DNA of 64,000 nucleotides from a virus (Duplodnaviria; Heunggongvirae; Uroviricota; Caudoviricetes): IMG/VR virus record IMGVR_UViG_3300037067_007156, positions 269,519 to 333,518 of that record; one strand, 5' to 3'. Shown piece by piece: positions 50,412 to 59,900 of this stretch (position 1 is its first letter; each line of letters starts with the position of its first letter). The notes under the pieces were generated by a model. It saw only the letters and a program-made list of their open reading frames with translations, ran no database searches and was not told where the DNA came from. The position numbers and the translations under genes were made by a program.

Positions 50412-51167
50412 TTATTTAGACATATAGAACCAAGTAACCTTGGATTCTTTTTTTATTTGTTCCTGTATTGCAGTAATTCTTGTATCAGCATCAGAAATAA
50501 TATCTGAAGCATTATATTGAAAAGAACCTGGCATGTTGAAGGAATACCTACCTAATAATTGACCCATTCTTTTCTGTGATGACGCTATTACATAATCTTT
50601 GAATAGTTGATTATCAAACAAAGATTCTTGTTCTATTCTAACCCACACTTCTAACATTAAATCGTTTCTAAGGTCATCTAATATGGTTAATCTCTTATTA
50701 ATATGGTTATAATGGAATTTAGTAAAGTTTCTTGCCAATTTATTTACTTCATCAGAAAACGCACTTAATATTTGACGATATGTAGCAAGCTCACCCACAT
50801 TAGTTACAAATGATGTTAAAAATGGTTGATTAGTAACACCAAAATTTATTGATAAATTCGGTGCTTGAATACCAATTCTAAAAAGAGATGGGTCATCAAT
50901 ATTCATAATACGAACAAGTCCTTCGACTTCTTCTGGGAGTTGTATAAACTGTTCACCTGTGCACTGTAATTGTGTTAAACAACTTCTATTTAATTTGTAA
51001 TATGTTTTTAATAAAGCAAATTGATAATTTTTATAAAAATATTCTAAACAGTGTTCTTTTATTAGACGTTTCACTTCTTTGTCTGGAATAACTTTTGGTA
51101 ATGTTCCAGAAAATGTTAAATCAGCTTGAACTATATCTATTAATTGTTCCAGTGGTATTCTTGCCAT
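50412..51167 (-). CDS. Neck / head-completion protein (T4 gp13-like)
   Basis: FKDYVIA...GQLLGRYSFNMPGSFQYNASDI resembles gp13 C-terminus; TTAATATATA at 51203-51194. Confidence 0.7.
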   Translation of the reverse strand: MARIPLEQLIDIVQADLTFSGTLPKVIPDKEVKRLIKEHCLEYFYKNYQFALLKTYYKLNRSCLTQLQCTGEQFIQLPEEVEGLVRIMNIDDPSLFRIGIQAPNLSINFGVTNQPFLTSFVTNVGELATYRQILSAFSDEVNKLARNFTKFHYNHINKRLTILDDLRNDLMLEVWVRIEQESLFDNQLFKDYVIASSQKRMGQLLGRYSFNMPGSFQYNASDIISDADTRITAIQEQIKKESKVTWFYMSK

Positions 51168-51220
51168 ATATAAACTTTTTTATTTTATACTACTATATAT
51201 TAAAAAATAAAATGTTTTAA

Positions 51221-52921
51221 ATGTTACTCGATAAAGAGATTGTTATTGAAATAAATCCTAAAAATGATAGGACATATTATAAATTAGGATATTACGATAT
51301 CAATTCTATTGACATCACACAACTATTATTTATTAACATAAAAATTGAAGATTTAAATCATACTTCAAAAGAATATGTGAATGTTAAATGTGATATATGT
51401 GGCGATGAAAAGAAAATTCAATATTATAATTATTGGAAAAATATTAAAAAACACGGGATTTATACATGTAATCAAAAATGTGCTCAAATCAAAAACAAAA
51501 AAACAAATTTAAAACGTTATAACACGGAATCTATTCTTGGTGATAAAGGGTTTATAGAAAAAGGTAAACAAACTCTTATCGAAAGATACGGTGTTGATAA
51601 TGCTATGAAAAATGAAAACATTAAAGAAAAAAGTAAAAAGACATTAAAAGAAAGATATGGCGTTGAAGTACCAATGAAAAATATCGATATAAAAAATAAA
51701 CAACAACAAACAATGAAAGAACGCTATGGTAAAAAACATGCGTTGCAAGTTGATGAATTTTTAAGTAAAAGTGTTGAAAAGCAAAAGAATAAATCTGAAG
51801 AAGAAAAATTTCAAATAAATAAAAAAAGAGAAATTACAACATTAAAGAACTATGGAGTTAATAACATTGCCAATTCTTCTTATTTAAACAATAAAAAATT
51901 TAAAAAATTAAAAGCAAAATATTCTGATTATAATATTTTATCTTCTAATAAAAAGGAAATTGAAATAAAATGTGATTGTGGACATACTGTTGTTGTTCCG
52001 TATTCAGTATTCTATAATAGGGTGAAAAATAAAGCGAATGTTTGCACAGAATGTTTCCCAATAAATTCTAAAAAATCTGGAATGGAATTTAATTTTAGAG
52101 AATATATTTATTCTATATATGATAAAGATAAAATTTTAATAAACAAACGATTCAATCGAAAAGAATTAGATATTTACATTCCTGATAAAAACTTGGCGAT
52201 AGAAATAAATGGGTTATATTGGCATTCGGAAGAATATAAACCTAATAATTATCATTTAGAAAAAACTGAACTTTGTGAAAATATGAATATTCAATTACTT
52301 CATATATACGAAGATGACTGGTTATACAAAACAGATATTGTTAAATCTATTATTAAAAGTAAATTAAATATTTTTGATAGGAAAATATATGCCAGAAAAA
52401 CAGTTATTAAAATTTTACAGAATTTTGAAATAAAAGATTTTTTGAATAACAACCATATACAAGGTTATAGGAATTCTGATATAAATTTAGGTTTATATTA
52501 TGGTGATGAGCTTGTTAGTTTAATGTCGTTTAATAGTAGAAAAATCAAAGATAATATTAGTGATGTTTATGAATTAACCAGATATTGTAACATAATAAAC
52601 ACACAAGTTATAGGCGGTGCGAGTAAATTATTTAGTTATTTTATTAAAAAATATAATTTTAAAAATATTTATACAGTTGTAGATAGAAGTTTGTTTAATG
52701 GTTATTTATATAAAAAATTAAATTTTTTGTTAATTAATAAAACAAAACCAGATTTTTCTTATATAATAAATAGTGTAAAAGAAAAAAAGTTTAAATATAG
52801 AAAAAATAAATTAGTAAGTGATGGTTTTGATAAAAACAAAACTGAGCATGAAATTATGTTAGAACGAGGATTTTTTAGAATATATGATAGTGGAACATTA
52901 AATTTTATATTTTCAAAATAA
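51221..52921 (+). CDS. Hef-like homing endonuclease with C-terminal GNAT-like domain
   Basis: ERYGV repeats; ELDIYIPDKNLAIEINGLYWH; IYARK...NHIQG...VIGGASKL...IYDSG. Confidence 0.85.
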   Translation: MLLDKEIVIEINPKNDRTYYKLGYYDINSIDITQLLFINIKIEDLNHTSKEYVNVKCDICGDEKKIQYYNYWKNIKKHGIYTCNQKCAQIKNKKTNLKRYNTESILGDKGFIEKGKQTLIERYGVDNAMKNENIKEKSKKTLKERYGVEVPMKNIDIKNKQQQTMKERYGKKHALQVDEFLSKSVEKQKNKSEEEKFQINKKREITTLKNYGVNNIANSSYLNNKKFKKLKAKYSDYNILSSNKKEIEIKCDCGHTVVVPYSVFYNRVKNKANVCTECFPINSKKSGMEFNFREYIYSIYDKDKILINKRFNRKELDIYIPDKNLAIEINGLYWHSEEYKPNNYHLEKTELCENMNIQLLHIYEDDWLYKTDIVKSIIKSKLNIFDRKIYARKTVIKILQNFEIKDFLNNNHIQGYRNSDINLGLYYGDELVSLMSFNSRKIKDNISDVYELTRYCNIINTQVIGGASKLFSYFIKKYNFKNIYTVVDRSLFNGYLYKKLNFLLINKTKPDFSYIINSVKEKKFKYRKNKLVSDGFDKNKTEHEIMLERGFFRIYDSGTLNFIFSK

Positions 52922-52990
52922 TAAGTTATAATTTTTTTATAAAAAAATAAAAAGTATTTTTGTATAGTAAATCAAAAAATAATAAAATAT

Positions 52991-53980
52991 ATGGAAGCAA
53001 GACACATAAATAATTTACAGACGATTGAGGATTTTTTGAAAACAACGAATATACCTTATACCAGAGAGGATAAGATTTTCTATTTAAATGATAGAAAATT
53101 TGAAATTCGTTATGTTGATTCTGAGAATCACAAGATGGATTATGAAAAAAGGTTTGGTATTAAAGGTATCCCTCATAATTATTTTGTTAATATAACAAAG
53201 AAAAATAAAGAAGCGGGTATAAGAACCATGTGGATTAAAGACTGGGAAATGGAAGATTTCAAAACGATTACCGATATTGATGGTGTTGAACTCGTCGATT
53301 ACAAACGTAAGTGGAACGTGTTACAGTCTTACATAAAAACTGCAACTGGTAATATCGAAAAAAGGTTTTATGCAAGGGACTGTGAAATTCGAGAAATAAC
53401 TAATAAAGAACTTAGACCATTCTTGGAAGAAAATAGTTTTTATGGTTTTAGAAGTGCCAGTGTTAATTTGGGATTATTTTCGAAGAAAGATAAAAATGGA
53501 ATAAAGAAGGATACATTATTAATGGTGTATACTTTTGGACATCCATTTTTTGGCAAGGGTTTATATGATATCGAAATAATAAGGGTTGCAACAAAGATAA
53601 ATTGTCAAGTCATTGGGGGCGCAAGTAAATTACTTTCAAAATTTATAATAAATTATCCGACATTAAAGATTGGTGATAAAGTTGTTAATGTCAATAAAAT
53701 AGTATTTATTGTTGATGCTGACCACAATGATGCTAAATCTTTAGAAACAATGGGATTTACTTTTGTTAGTCACAAAGGGTGTGGGTTTATGAACGTCGAA
53801 GTTAGTACTGGTAAAGTATTTCATCGACAACCGATGCACCATAAACTTATGATGGAAAAAAAGGCTAAAGGCGAAATATATAGTGTCGCAAATGCTGGTT
53901 CTATTATTTATACGATAGATAGAGAATATTATCTTAATACCGTGATAAATAAGGAAACCATTCCTGAAACTGTTGATTAA
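52991..53980 (+). CDS. Hef-associated GNAT-like domain protein lacking the canonical nuclease motif
   Basis: FYARDCEIREI...VIGGASKL. Confidence 0.65.
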   Translation: MEARHINNLQTIEDFLKTTNIPYTREDKIFYLNDRKFEIRYVDSENHKMDYEKRFGIKGIPHNYFVNITKKNKEAGIRTMWIKDWEMEDFKTITDIDGVELVDYKRKWNVLQSYIKTATGNIEKRFYARDCEIREITNKELRPFLEENSFYGFRSASVNLGLFSKKDKNGIKKDTLLMVYTFGHPFFGKGLYDIEIIRVATKINCQVIGGASKLLSKFIINYPTLKIGDKVVNVNKIVFIVDADHNDAKSLETMGFTFVSHKGCGFMNVEVSTGKVFHRQPMHHKLMMEKKAKGEIYSVANAGSIIYTIDREYYLNTVINKETIPETVD

Positions 53981-54025
53981 TTTGTAATTTGTAATTATTA
54001 ATTATACATGAAAACGACTGATATT

Positions 54026-54526
54026 TTATATACCAGTCGTTTTTTCGATTTGTAGAGTATTTCTATTCGAAAGATTATAAAATTTAATAAGGTTATTATT
54101 ATAATCAATTACAATTTCGAAATTATATAACCCTTTTGAAATTTTATCTTTAACGAAATTTTCGAGTTCAGTTATTTGAATATTTGTTTCACTTTGAAAA
54201 TCGTCAATATCTATTTGAATATTATCTAATTCCTTTTTCATTTCTTCTTTTTTAAGACGTAACCATTCCATGATTTTAGTAATCATTGTACCCCATTTAT
54301 CTGAACCTTTTCTATATTCACCAAAATGTATTATATCTCGACCTTGATTATCAGCAGACGGTGATGTTTTTTCTTTTTCATCATCTTCACCGTCAGATTT
54401 TAAACCAATATCTTCTCTGGAAATGTGAGGTGTGCTACCTATATAATCTTCGAATTTTTTTGTATAGATATTTTCATCAATGATATCTTTGGTCGTTAAA
54501 AAACAATTATAGGTTTTTATAGTCAT
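54026..54526 (-). CDS. Hypothetical protein
   Basis: MTIKTYNCF; in operon with 54526..55137. Confidence 0.65.
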   Translation of the reverse strand: MTIKTYNCFLTTKDIIDENIYTKKFEDYIGSTPHISREDIGLKSDGEDDEKEKTSPSADNQGRDIIHFGEYRKGSDKWGTMITKIMEWLRLKKEEMKKELDNIQIDIDDFQSETNIQITELENFVKDKISKGLYNFEIVIDYNNNLIKFYNLSNRNTLQIEKTTGI

Positions 54527-55137
54527 TATTTCTTAACATTCATTTTTGTGATAAATAATTCTATACCTAATTCCTCATCATTGTAATTATATTCTTCAAA
54601 TTTTGGGTCTTCTTTTGCTTCTTGATATAATGATACAGAACCATTTTCTATGGATTTTTGTGATATTGGGGCTAACATACCAAATCTTTCAAAACGATGA
54701 ATATTATTATATGGTAAATTATATTTTTTCATGAATGTATCTAATTTTTGTATAAATGAACTTAAATATTCTTCTACTATGTAATTCAAACCATATACAG
54801 CGTTTTTATAAATAATACCAGACAAATCATCAAATGAACATTCGGGGCATTTTACAGAACTTATTTCTTCTGAGTATATACAAAGGTCAAGTTGTTTATC
54901 TAAATTAAAACCTGCTATGTCTGTTTCATCTGCTTCAGTTTCCTCTACTATAAGATTTTCAAAATCATCGAAAGTTGTAATAGGTTTACCATCAATACGT
55001 TCAATAGATTTACTTATAATAGATTTTACTTGGTCTACTACATCGAAATCCTCTCTTACTTTTGCCATGAAATCATTAACAGAATCAGCACTCTCATTAA
55101 CTATAAATGAATTGAAATTTTTAACTAACATAATCAT
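54526..55137 (-). CDS. Acidic protein with capsid-targeting-like N-terminus
   Basis: MLVKNFNSFIVNES. Confidence 0.65.
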   Translation of the reverse strand: MIMLVKNFNSFIVNESADSVNDFMAKVREDFDVVDQVKSIISKSIERIDGKPITTFDDFENLIVEETEADETDIAGFNLDKQLDLCIYSEEISSVKCPECSFDDLSGIIYKNAVYGLNYIVEEYLSSFIQKLDTFMKKYNLPYNNIHRFERFGMLAPISQKSIENGSVSLYQEAKEDPKFEEYNYNDEELGIELFITKMNVKK

Positions 55138-55222
55138 AAATTATTTTTTATTATATATAAAAAAGAAAAAGTGAAAATTCTTTCGATTTTTCACTTTAAT
55201 AATTTAGTATAGAATGATGTAT

Positions 55223-55618
55223 TTATTTAATATATCGTTTAAATAAATATGTTTTACATATTGTGTATTTATCCGTATCAGTAAATGTAATATTTTCTTC
55301 CAACTGAATATTATTAACGTTTTCTATATAAACCCAACCTAATTTGGCTATCTGGTTAATATAATAAAGTTCGGTATTTATCTTTTTATTAATTGTGATT
55401 GATTCCGTAACAGTACCATTTGTCACATACACTTTAAAAATATTCTCTGAAGATTTAGATTGAGAATTGGTCGTACCATCGGATGTGATAATAGTTTCAC
55501 TTTCAATAATTAGATACGCATATTCTTCAGGTTGTTTTGCTGTGTTGGTTAATAATTGTTGCCCAAACGTGGTTAATGTTAAACCAATAAAAATAACGGA
55601 AAAAAATAGTTTTTTCAT
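55223..55618 (-). CDS. Secreted protein
   Basis: MKKLFFSVIFIGLTLTTFGQ signal peptide; YINQIAKLGW...YLFKR. Confidence 0.6.
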   Translation of the reverse strand: MKKLFFSVIFIGLTLTTFGQQLLTNTAKQPEEYAYLIIESETIITSDGTTNSQSKSSENIFKVYVTNGTVTESITINKKINTELYYINQIAKLGWVYIENVNNIQLEENITFTDTDKYTICKTYLFKRYIK

Positions 55619-55722
55619 TTAATAAGTATGTTTTTAAGTGTATTGTGTAAAATTAGATAAAAGTTTTATATTAATAAAACAAAAAAGTTTGTTTTTATAA
55701 AAAATATTTTGTGATAATTTTA

Positions 55723-57135
55723 TTACCAGTTTTTACCTTTTTTATTGTCAATAAGTATTTCTTTTTTATCACCGTTATCTTTCTCATCGTAATTATTTTG
55801 ACTTGTAATACCAAAGAAATCATCATTATCACTTACGACTTTAACTTCATCACCAATCACACCTGTTTCCCCAACTTTAGACATTCTAAGAATACCGTCT
55901 GGCATTTCACCATTCATAAGACCTCCATAAAAAAACGACATAGATATTAAAGAAGCACTATCAGCATTGGATGTACTTACTTTACAATTAAAAACATCTG
56001 TTACACAAATATCAGAATTTTTAATCATTGAATTATTAATGGTACAATTGACAAACTTACAATGGTCAAAAACACCACCGTTTATGACACTATTTATGAT
56101 TGTCCAGTTACTGATATCAAATATACCAGTTATAGTTGAATCGACTAATTCTAACTCTTTTGTATCAGTATTATAATTGATTGTACAATTATTTAAATTG
56201 AAAGTATTAGATATTAAATCATATAATTCATTGAATATATCACCATAGTGAACATTTAATACAGACATAGATGAACTTCGGTCAATTTCTAAATTTAGAG
56301 TTGGAAAATTTCCAATAAAACTATCTAAACAATTGAAGTTTTTATAAACATTAATATTTTTACTTAAATAATCTTTTAATTCATCCAAATCATCATCTGT
56401 AAGAGGTTCGTTTATACAATTCCACGTTAATACTATGAAATAATCCATTATTTGAAGTATTTCATTTGTTTTTTTCTCATAATCAGTATGACCTATGTAT
56501 CTAAACTCTAACCTACCATCTGATAAAACCATGAAATTTATTCCGTAGTAACGGTCATTATCTGGTAATTCTAAACTTGATTGAAGAATATTTAACCCGT
56601 CGGATGCATAATTAAACTGTTTGAAAGGTATGATTCTTTTAACTGATTTGGCATAATAATTATCCTTTCTTTCTGGAAAGGATTTATAAATATAATCTTC
56701 ATCAACATTCAGGATTAATTTAAGTCTATTTACTTTATCTATTGTTTTACCTTCTGAATTTTCATCAAAAGAAATATTTATATGTATTGAACATTTTTCA
56801 TTAGTATAACCATTTTCTCGAATAAATTGTAAAGATTTTAACAAAACAATTCTGGCAAAATTATATTTTATTTTACCAGTAATGAGTTCAACCATTGAAC
56901 TACCACCGGAAAAATCGGGTGTAATTATGTATTTATTGTCGGTGGGTTTTGTTTCTGGGTGATATTTTCTAAACCCCTGAACTTGTATATTTAATTCCCT
57001 AAACGAATTGTTTAATTTTTCCAATAATTTATAATAAGAAATATTTTTATTTGTAAAAAATTCAAATTCAAACCCTATAAAAGCATTTTTAAGTATATTG
57101 AAGTCATTTAAATACTTTGATGAGAAATTAGACAT
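55723..57135 (-). CDS. Putative amidoligase (COOH-NH2 ligase) with C-terminal beta-solenoid-like region
   Basis: GFEFEF, VELIT, CSIHINISF, RYYGINF, LEFRYIG. Confidence 0.75.
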   Translation of the reverse strand: MSNFSSKYLNDFNILKNAFIGFEFEFFTNKNISYYKLLEKLNNSFRELNIQVQGFRKYHPETKPTDNKYIITPDFSGGSSMVELITGKIKYNFARIVLLKSLQFIRENGYTNEKCSIHINISFDENSEGKTIDKVNRLKLILNVDEDYIYKSFPERKDNYYAKSVKRIIPFKQFNYASDGLNILQSSLELPDNDRYYGINFMVLSDGRLEFRYIGHTDYEKKTNEILQIMDYFIVLTWNCINEPLTDDDLDELKDYLSKNINVYKNFNCLDSFIGNFPTLNLEIDRSSSMSVLNVHYGDIFNELYDLISNTFNLNNCTINYNTDTKELELVDSTITGIFDISNWTIINSVINGGVFDHCKFVNCTINNSMIKNSDICVTDVFNCKVSTSNADSASLISMSFFYGGLMNGEMPDGILRMSKVGETGVIGDEVKVVSDNDDFFGITSQNNYDEKDNGDKKEILIDNKKGKNW

Positions 57136-57295
57136 ACTTGTTTGTTAATATTTTTATTTATATATTAATTTCAAGAAGCATAATTTAAAATAATGTATTA
57201 TTAAAATATATTTTTTAATAAAAATCATTTTTTTTATCAAAAAGAAAAAATGGAACTTAAATATTTAATATATAGAAGAAAAATAAATTTAGAAT

Positions 57296-57613
57296 ATGGA
57301 AATTTTAACAATTATTTTAATCGTAGTTTTTGGGATAGCTTTAGTGGGTGGTTTCGCTGGTGCTATTGTATATTACAACAAATTCAAGGCCATTTCTCAA
57401 AAGTTTAAAGAATTCTCAAAAGTAATCTTAGATGCAGTATCAGATAAGAAATTAAGTGATATCGAAAAAGCAAACATTCTTACTAAAGTTGAAGAATTGA
57501 CACCAATGGTAAAAGAATTACTTGCTGATATTTCAAAAGATGCTGGGGAATTAGATACTAATTTTTCGAACTTTGTTGAAAAGTTAAAGGCTATTCTTGC
57601 AAAAAAGAAATAA
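57296..57613 (+). CDS. Single-TM coiled-coil protein (holin/spanin-like)
   Basis: N-terminal hydrophobic helix; TTAATATATA at 57265-57274. Confidence 0.5.
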   Translation: MEILTIILIVVFGIALVGGFAGAIVYYNKFKAISQKFKEFSKVILDAVSDKKLSDIEKANILTKVEELTPMVKELLADISKDAGELDTNFSNFVEKLKAILAKKK

Positions 57614-57933
57614 AAAATAATTTTTTTTGAAAAAATGTTAGTAGACCATTCAACAGAAAATTCTAAAATAGATTCAGAAAAGAGTATTGACAGAACTATT
57701 GAAGAAAAGACGTTTAAAGAAAACTTCATAAAAAAATATCACTTAATTTTAAGTGAGAAGAAACAAGTAGTAGCTTAATTTTTCGTAAAATGTTTATAAT
57801 AAGATGATTAATCAAGTGTACCTAACAAGGGTGTTTGATATTATTGTCTCATTTAAAACCATTAAAAATCATTTAGAAACAAAAATTTTTAAATGATTTT
57901 TTTTATATATATACACTAAAACAAAATTGAATT

Positions 57934-58353
57934 ATGAAATATTTAAAAGAATTCATTAAATTTAATGAGAGTGTTATAACAAATAAATTGAATGAAACTG
58001 GTGAATGGCCTTCAAATATTGATTGGCAATATGTAAAAGACAACCCAGATGTTGTAGATGAATATACAAGTCGTATTAAAGACATGGCTGATGCTATGGA
58101 AGAAGTTAAAGCATCCTTACCAGATAATTTTCCGTTTGAATTAAAATATGTTGTTGGTTTCGATAATTATCAAGGTGCATACGCTATTGTTAAAATAAAT
58201 GGTAGTTCATATAAAGTATGGGAAATGGAAGAAAATTTATTTTGGATTGAAAATTATAAGTTAGATAATACTTCAGGTGAAGGTTTAAGTGCAGGATTTC
58301 AAGGAAATACTTCTGATATAACTGATGCTTTAATCGCTACTGAAACTTATTAA
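57934..58353 (+). CDS. Hypothetical protein with capsid-targeting-like N-terminus
   Basis: MKYLKEFIKFNES...KLNE. Confidence 0.7.
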   Translation: MKYLKEFIKFNESVITNKLNETGEWPSNIDWQYVKDNPDVVDEYTSRIKDMADAMEEVKASLPDNFPFELKYVVGFDNYQGAYAIVKINGSSYKVWEMEENLFWIENYKLDNTSGEGLSAGFQGNTSDITDALIATETY

Positions 58354-59231
58354 ATTTTTCGTTTAACACCACCGTCAATAGAACGGTCTGATGTATCAAT
58401 AACATAAAAATCTAAAGGATAAATGAGGGACAATTCATCCCTCATTAATTTTTCTACATTAAGTAGAGTTGATTCTGTATCATCTGAAAATCCAACTTTT
58501 GCTTTAGGATTGTTATACATTGGTAAATATTCTTTTGTGAGATATTCTATAAAATATTTAATAGCAATTTTTTTAGCATCTTCTACTTTTATATTTTTAC
58601 CATCCAGTGAAAACTTTTCTTTAAAATAATTTGATTGGACACCTATAAATTGACATTGATTTAAATAATTATTCACTAATGTTTTAAAACAATTACAATT
58701 TGTATCTTCCCATGTCATTAAATTTTTCAACATTTTTTCTTTTTGAGACTCCGATAAATAATGATATATAATATATTCAATACCTTTTCTTATACTTTCA
58801 GGTTCATGGCCTCTTGCAGTACAAATTAGAAAAATACGACCATTCATTAATGTTTCAATAAATGCATTCCAAGATGGTGCAAACGCTTTTTTCTTAACTG
58901 CACCTTTTATATCATTTAAAAACTGTAATTCACCTTTCTTACCACAATCTCGAAAATAAGCTAAAGCTGAATTAATATCATCATTTCTAAATCTCCATTT
59001 ATAAAGACTATCATTCTCACCATATTCTTTATATTGCCAAGCATCTATATCTTTCTTTATATTTCGAAACTTAAATGTAGAAACATCTTTATTTATCCAT
59101 TCACCATTAATTTTTTTATCGAGTAATACTTTAGTTGGCATGAATAACAAATTATCATCTACATCAAATATATAATAAATTAACTCATTATTCTTTTTTC
59201 GTAAGATTTTGTTATAGTCTTTGTTCATCAT
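58350..59231 (-). CDS. HAD-superfamily phosphatase-like protein
   Basis: FDVDDNL, CTARGH, K, GFSDD. Confidence 0.75.
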   Translation of the reverse strand: MMNKDYNKILRKKNNELIYYIFDVDDNLLFMPTKVLLDKKINGEWINKDVSTFKFRNIKKDIDAWQYKEYGENDSLYKWRFRNDDINSALAYFRDCGKKGELQFLNDIKGAVKKKAFAPSWNAFIETLMNGRIFLICTARGHEPESIRKGIEYIIYHYLSESQKEKMLKNLMTWEDTNCNCFKTLVNNYLNQCQFIGVQSNYFKEKFSLDGKNIKVEDAKKIAIKYFIEYLTKEYLPMYNNPKAKVGFSDDTESTLLNVEKLMRDELSLIYPLDFYVIDTSDRSIDGGVKRKI

Positions 59232-59403
59232 ATTTTTTCTAACATATCAAGTAATTCAATCGTATAAGTAGATTTTCTATTAGCAGATACAACCTTGAAA
59301 CCACCGTGTCTCTTACTTTTAATAATATAACCCATATGTATTTGGGTGTCATTATTAGTCTTAAATTTAACTCTCGTTTTAAACATAATATTAATTTTTA
59401 TTT

Positions 59404-59892
59404 TTAAAGAATATCACATAAGTGTTGACCACTTTTCAAAATAATATGTTTACAATATTTCTGTTCTTTTAATTCATTAATCCAAGGTTTCCAATATTTC
59501 ATAAATACGCCTATGAAATCGTGTGGACTATCCCTTTCAATATATCTATCAAGATATTCGTTTCTTAATTCATGTTCAGGATAAACAAGAATTATATCAA
59601 AACCTTCGTTGTGTAAAAGTTTCAAACCTTCTGGGTCAGTCGCAATAAAAATATATTTAACCTTACCAAAATGCTTCTTTATATCCTCAATGTATTCTTT
59701 TTGTAATGCATTATCTTTATATTTCCAATATTCAACTTCGACTGCTTTAATATCAGTTTTTTCACAAATATATGTTTTACCAGTTCCACAAAATGCTGCA
59801 TATAAAATAGTGTTTTCAACGTTAGAATTTACATCTGAATAATATTGTTCTGTTTGCATATCTTTAACATACAACGTATTTACTTGTTTCAT
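59404..59892 (-). CDS. P-loop kinase
   Basis: AAFCGTGKT; VYP...EYLDRYIERD. Confidence 0.7.
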   Translation of the reverse strand: MKQVNTLYVKDMQTEQYYSDVNSNVENTILYAAFCGTGKTYICEKTDIKAVEVEYWKYKDNALQKEYIEDIKKHFGKVKYIFIATDPEGLKLLHNEGFDIILVYPEHELRNEYLDRYIERDSPHDFIGVFMKYWKPWINELKEQKYCKHIILKSGQHLCDIL

Positions 59893-59900
59893 TATTGAAT

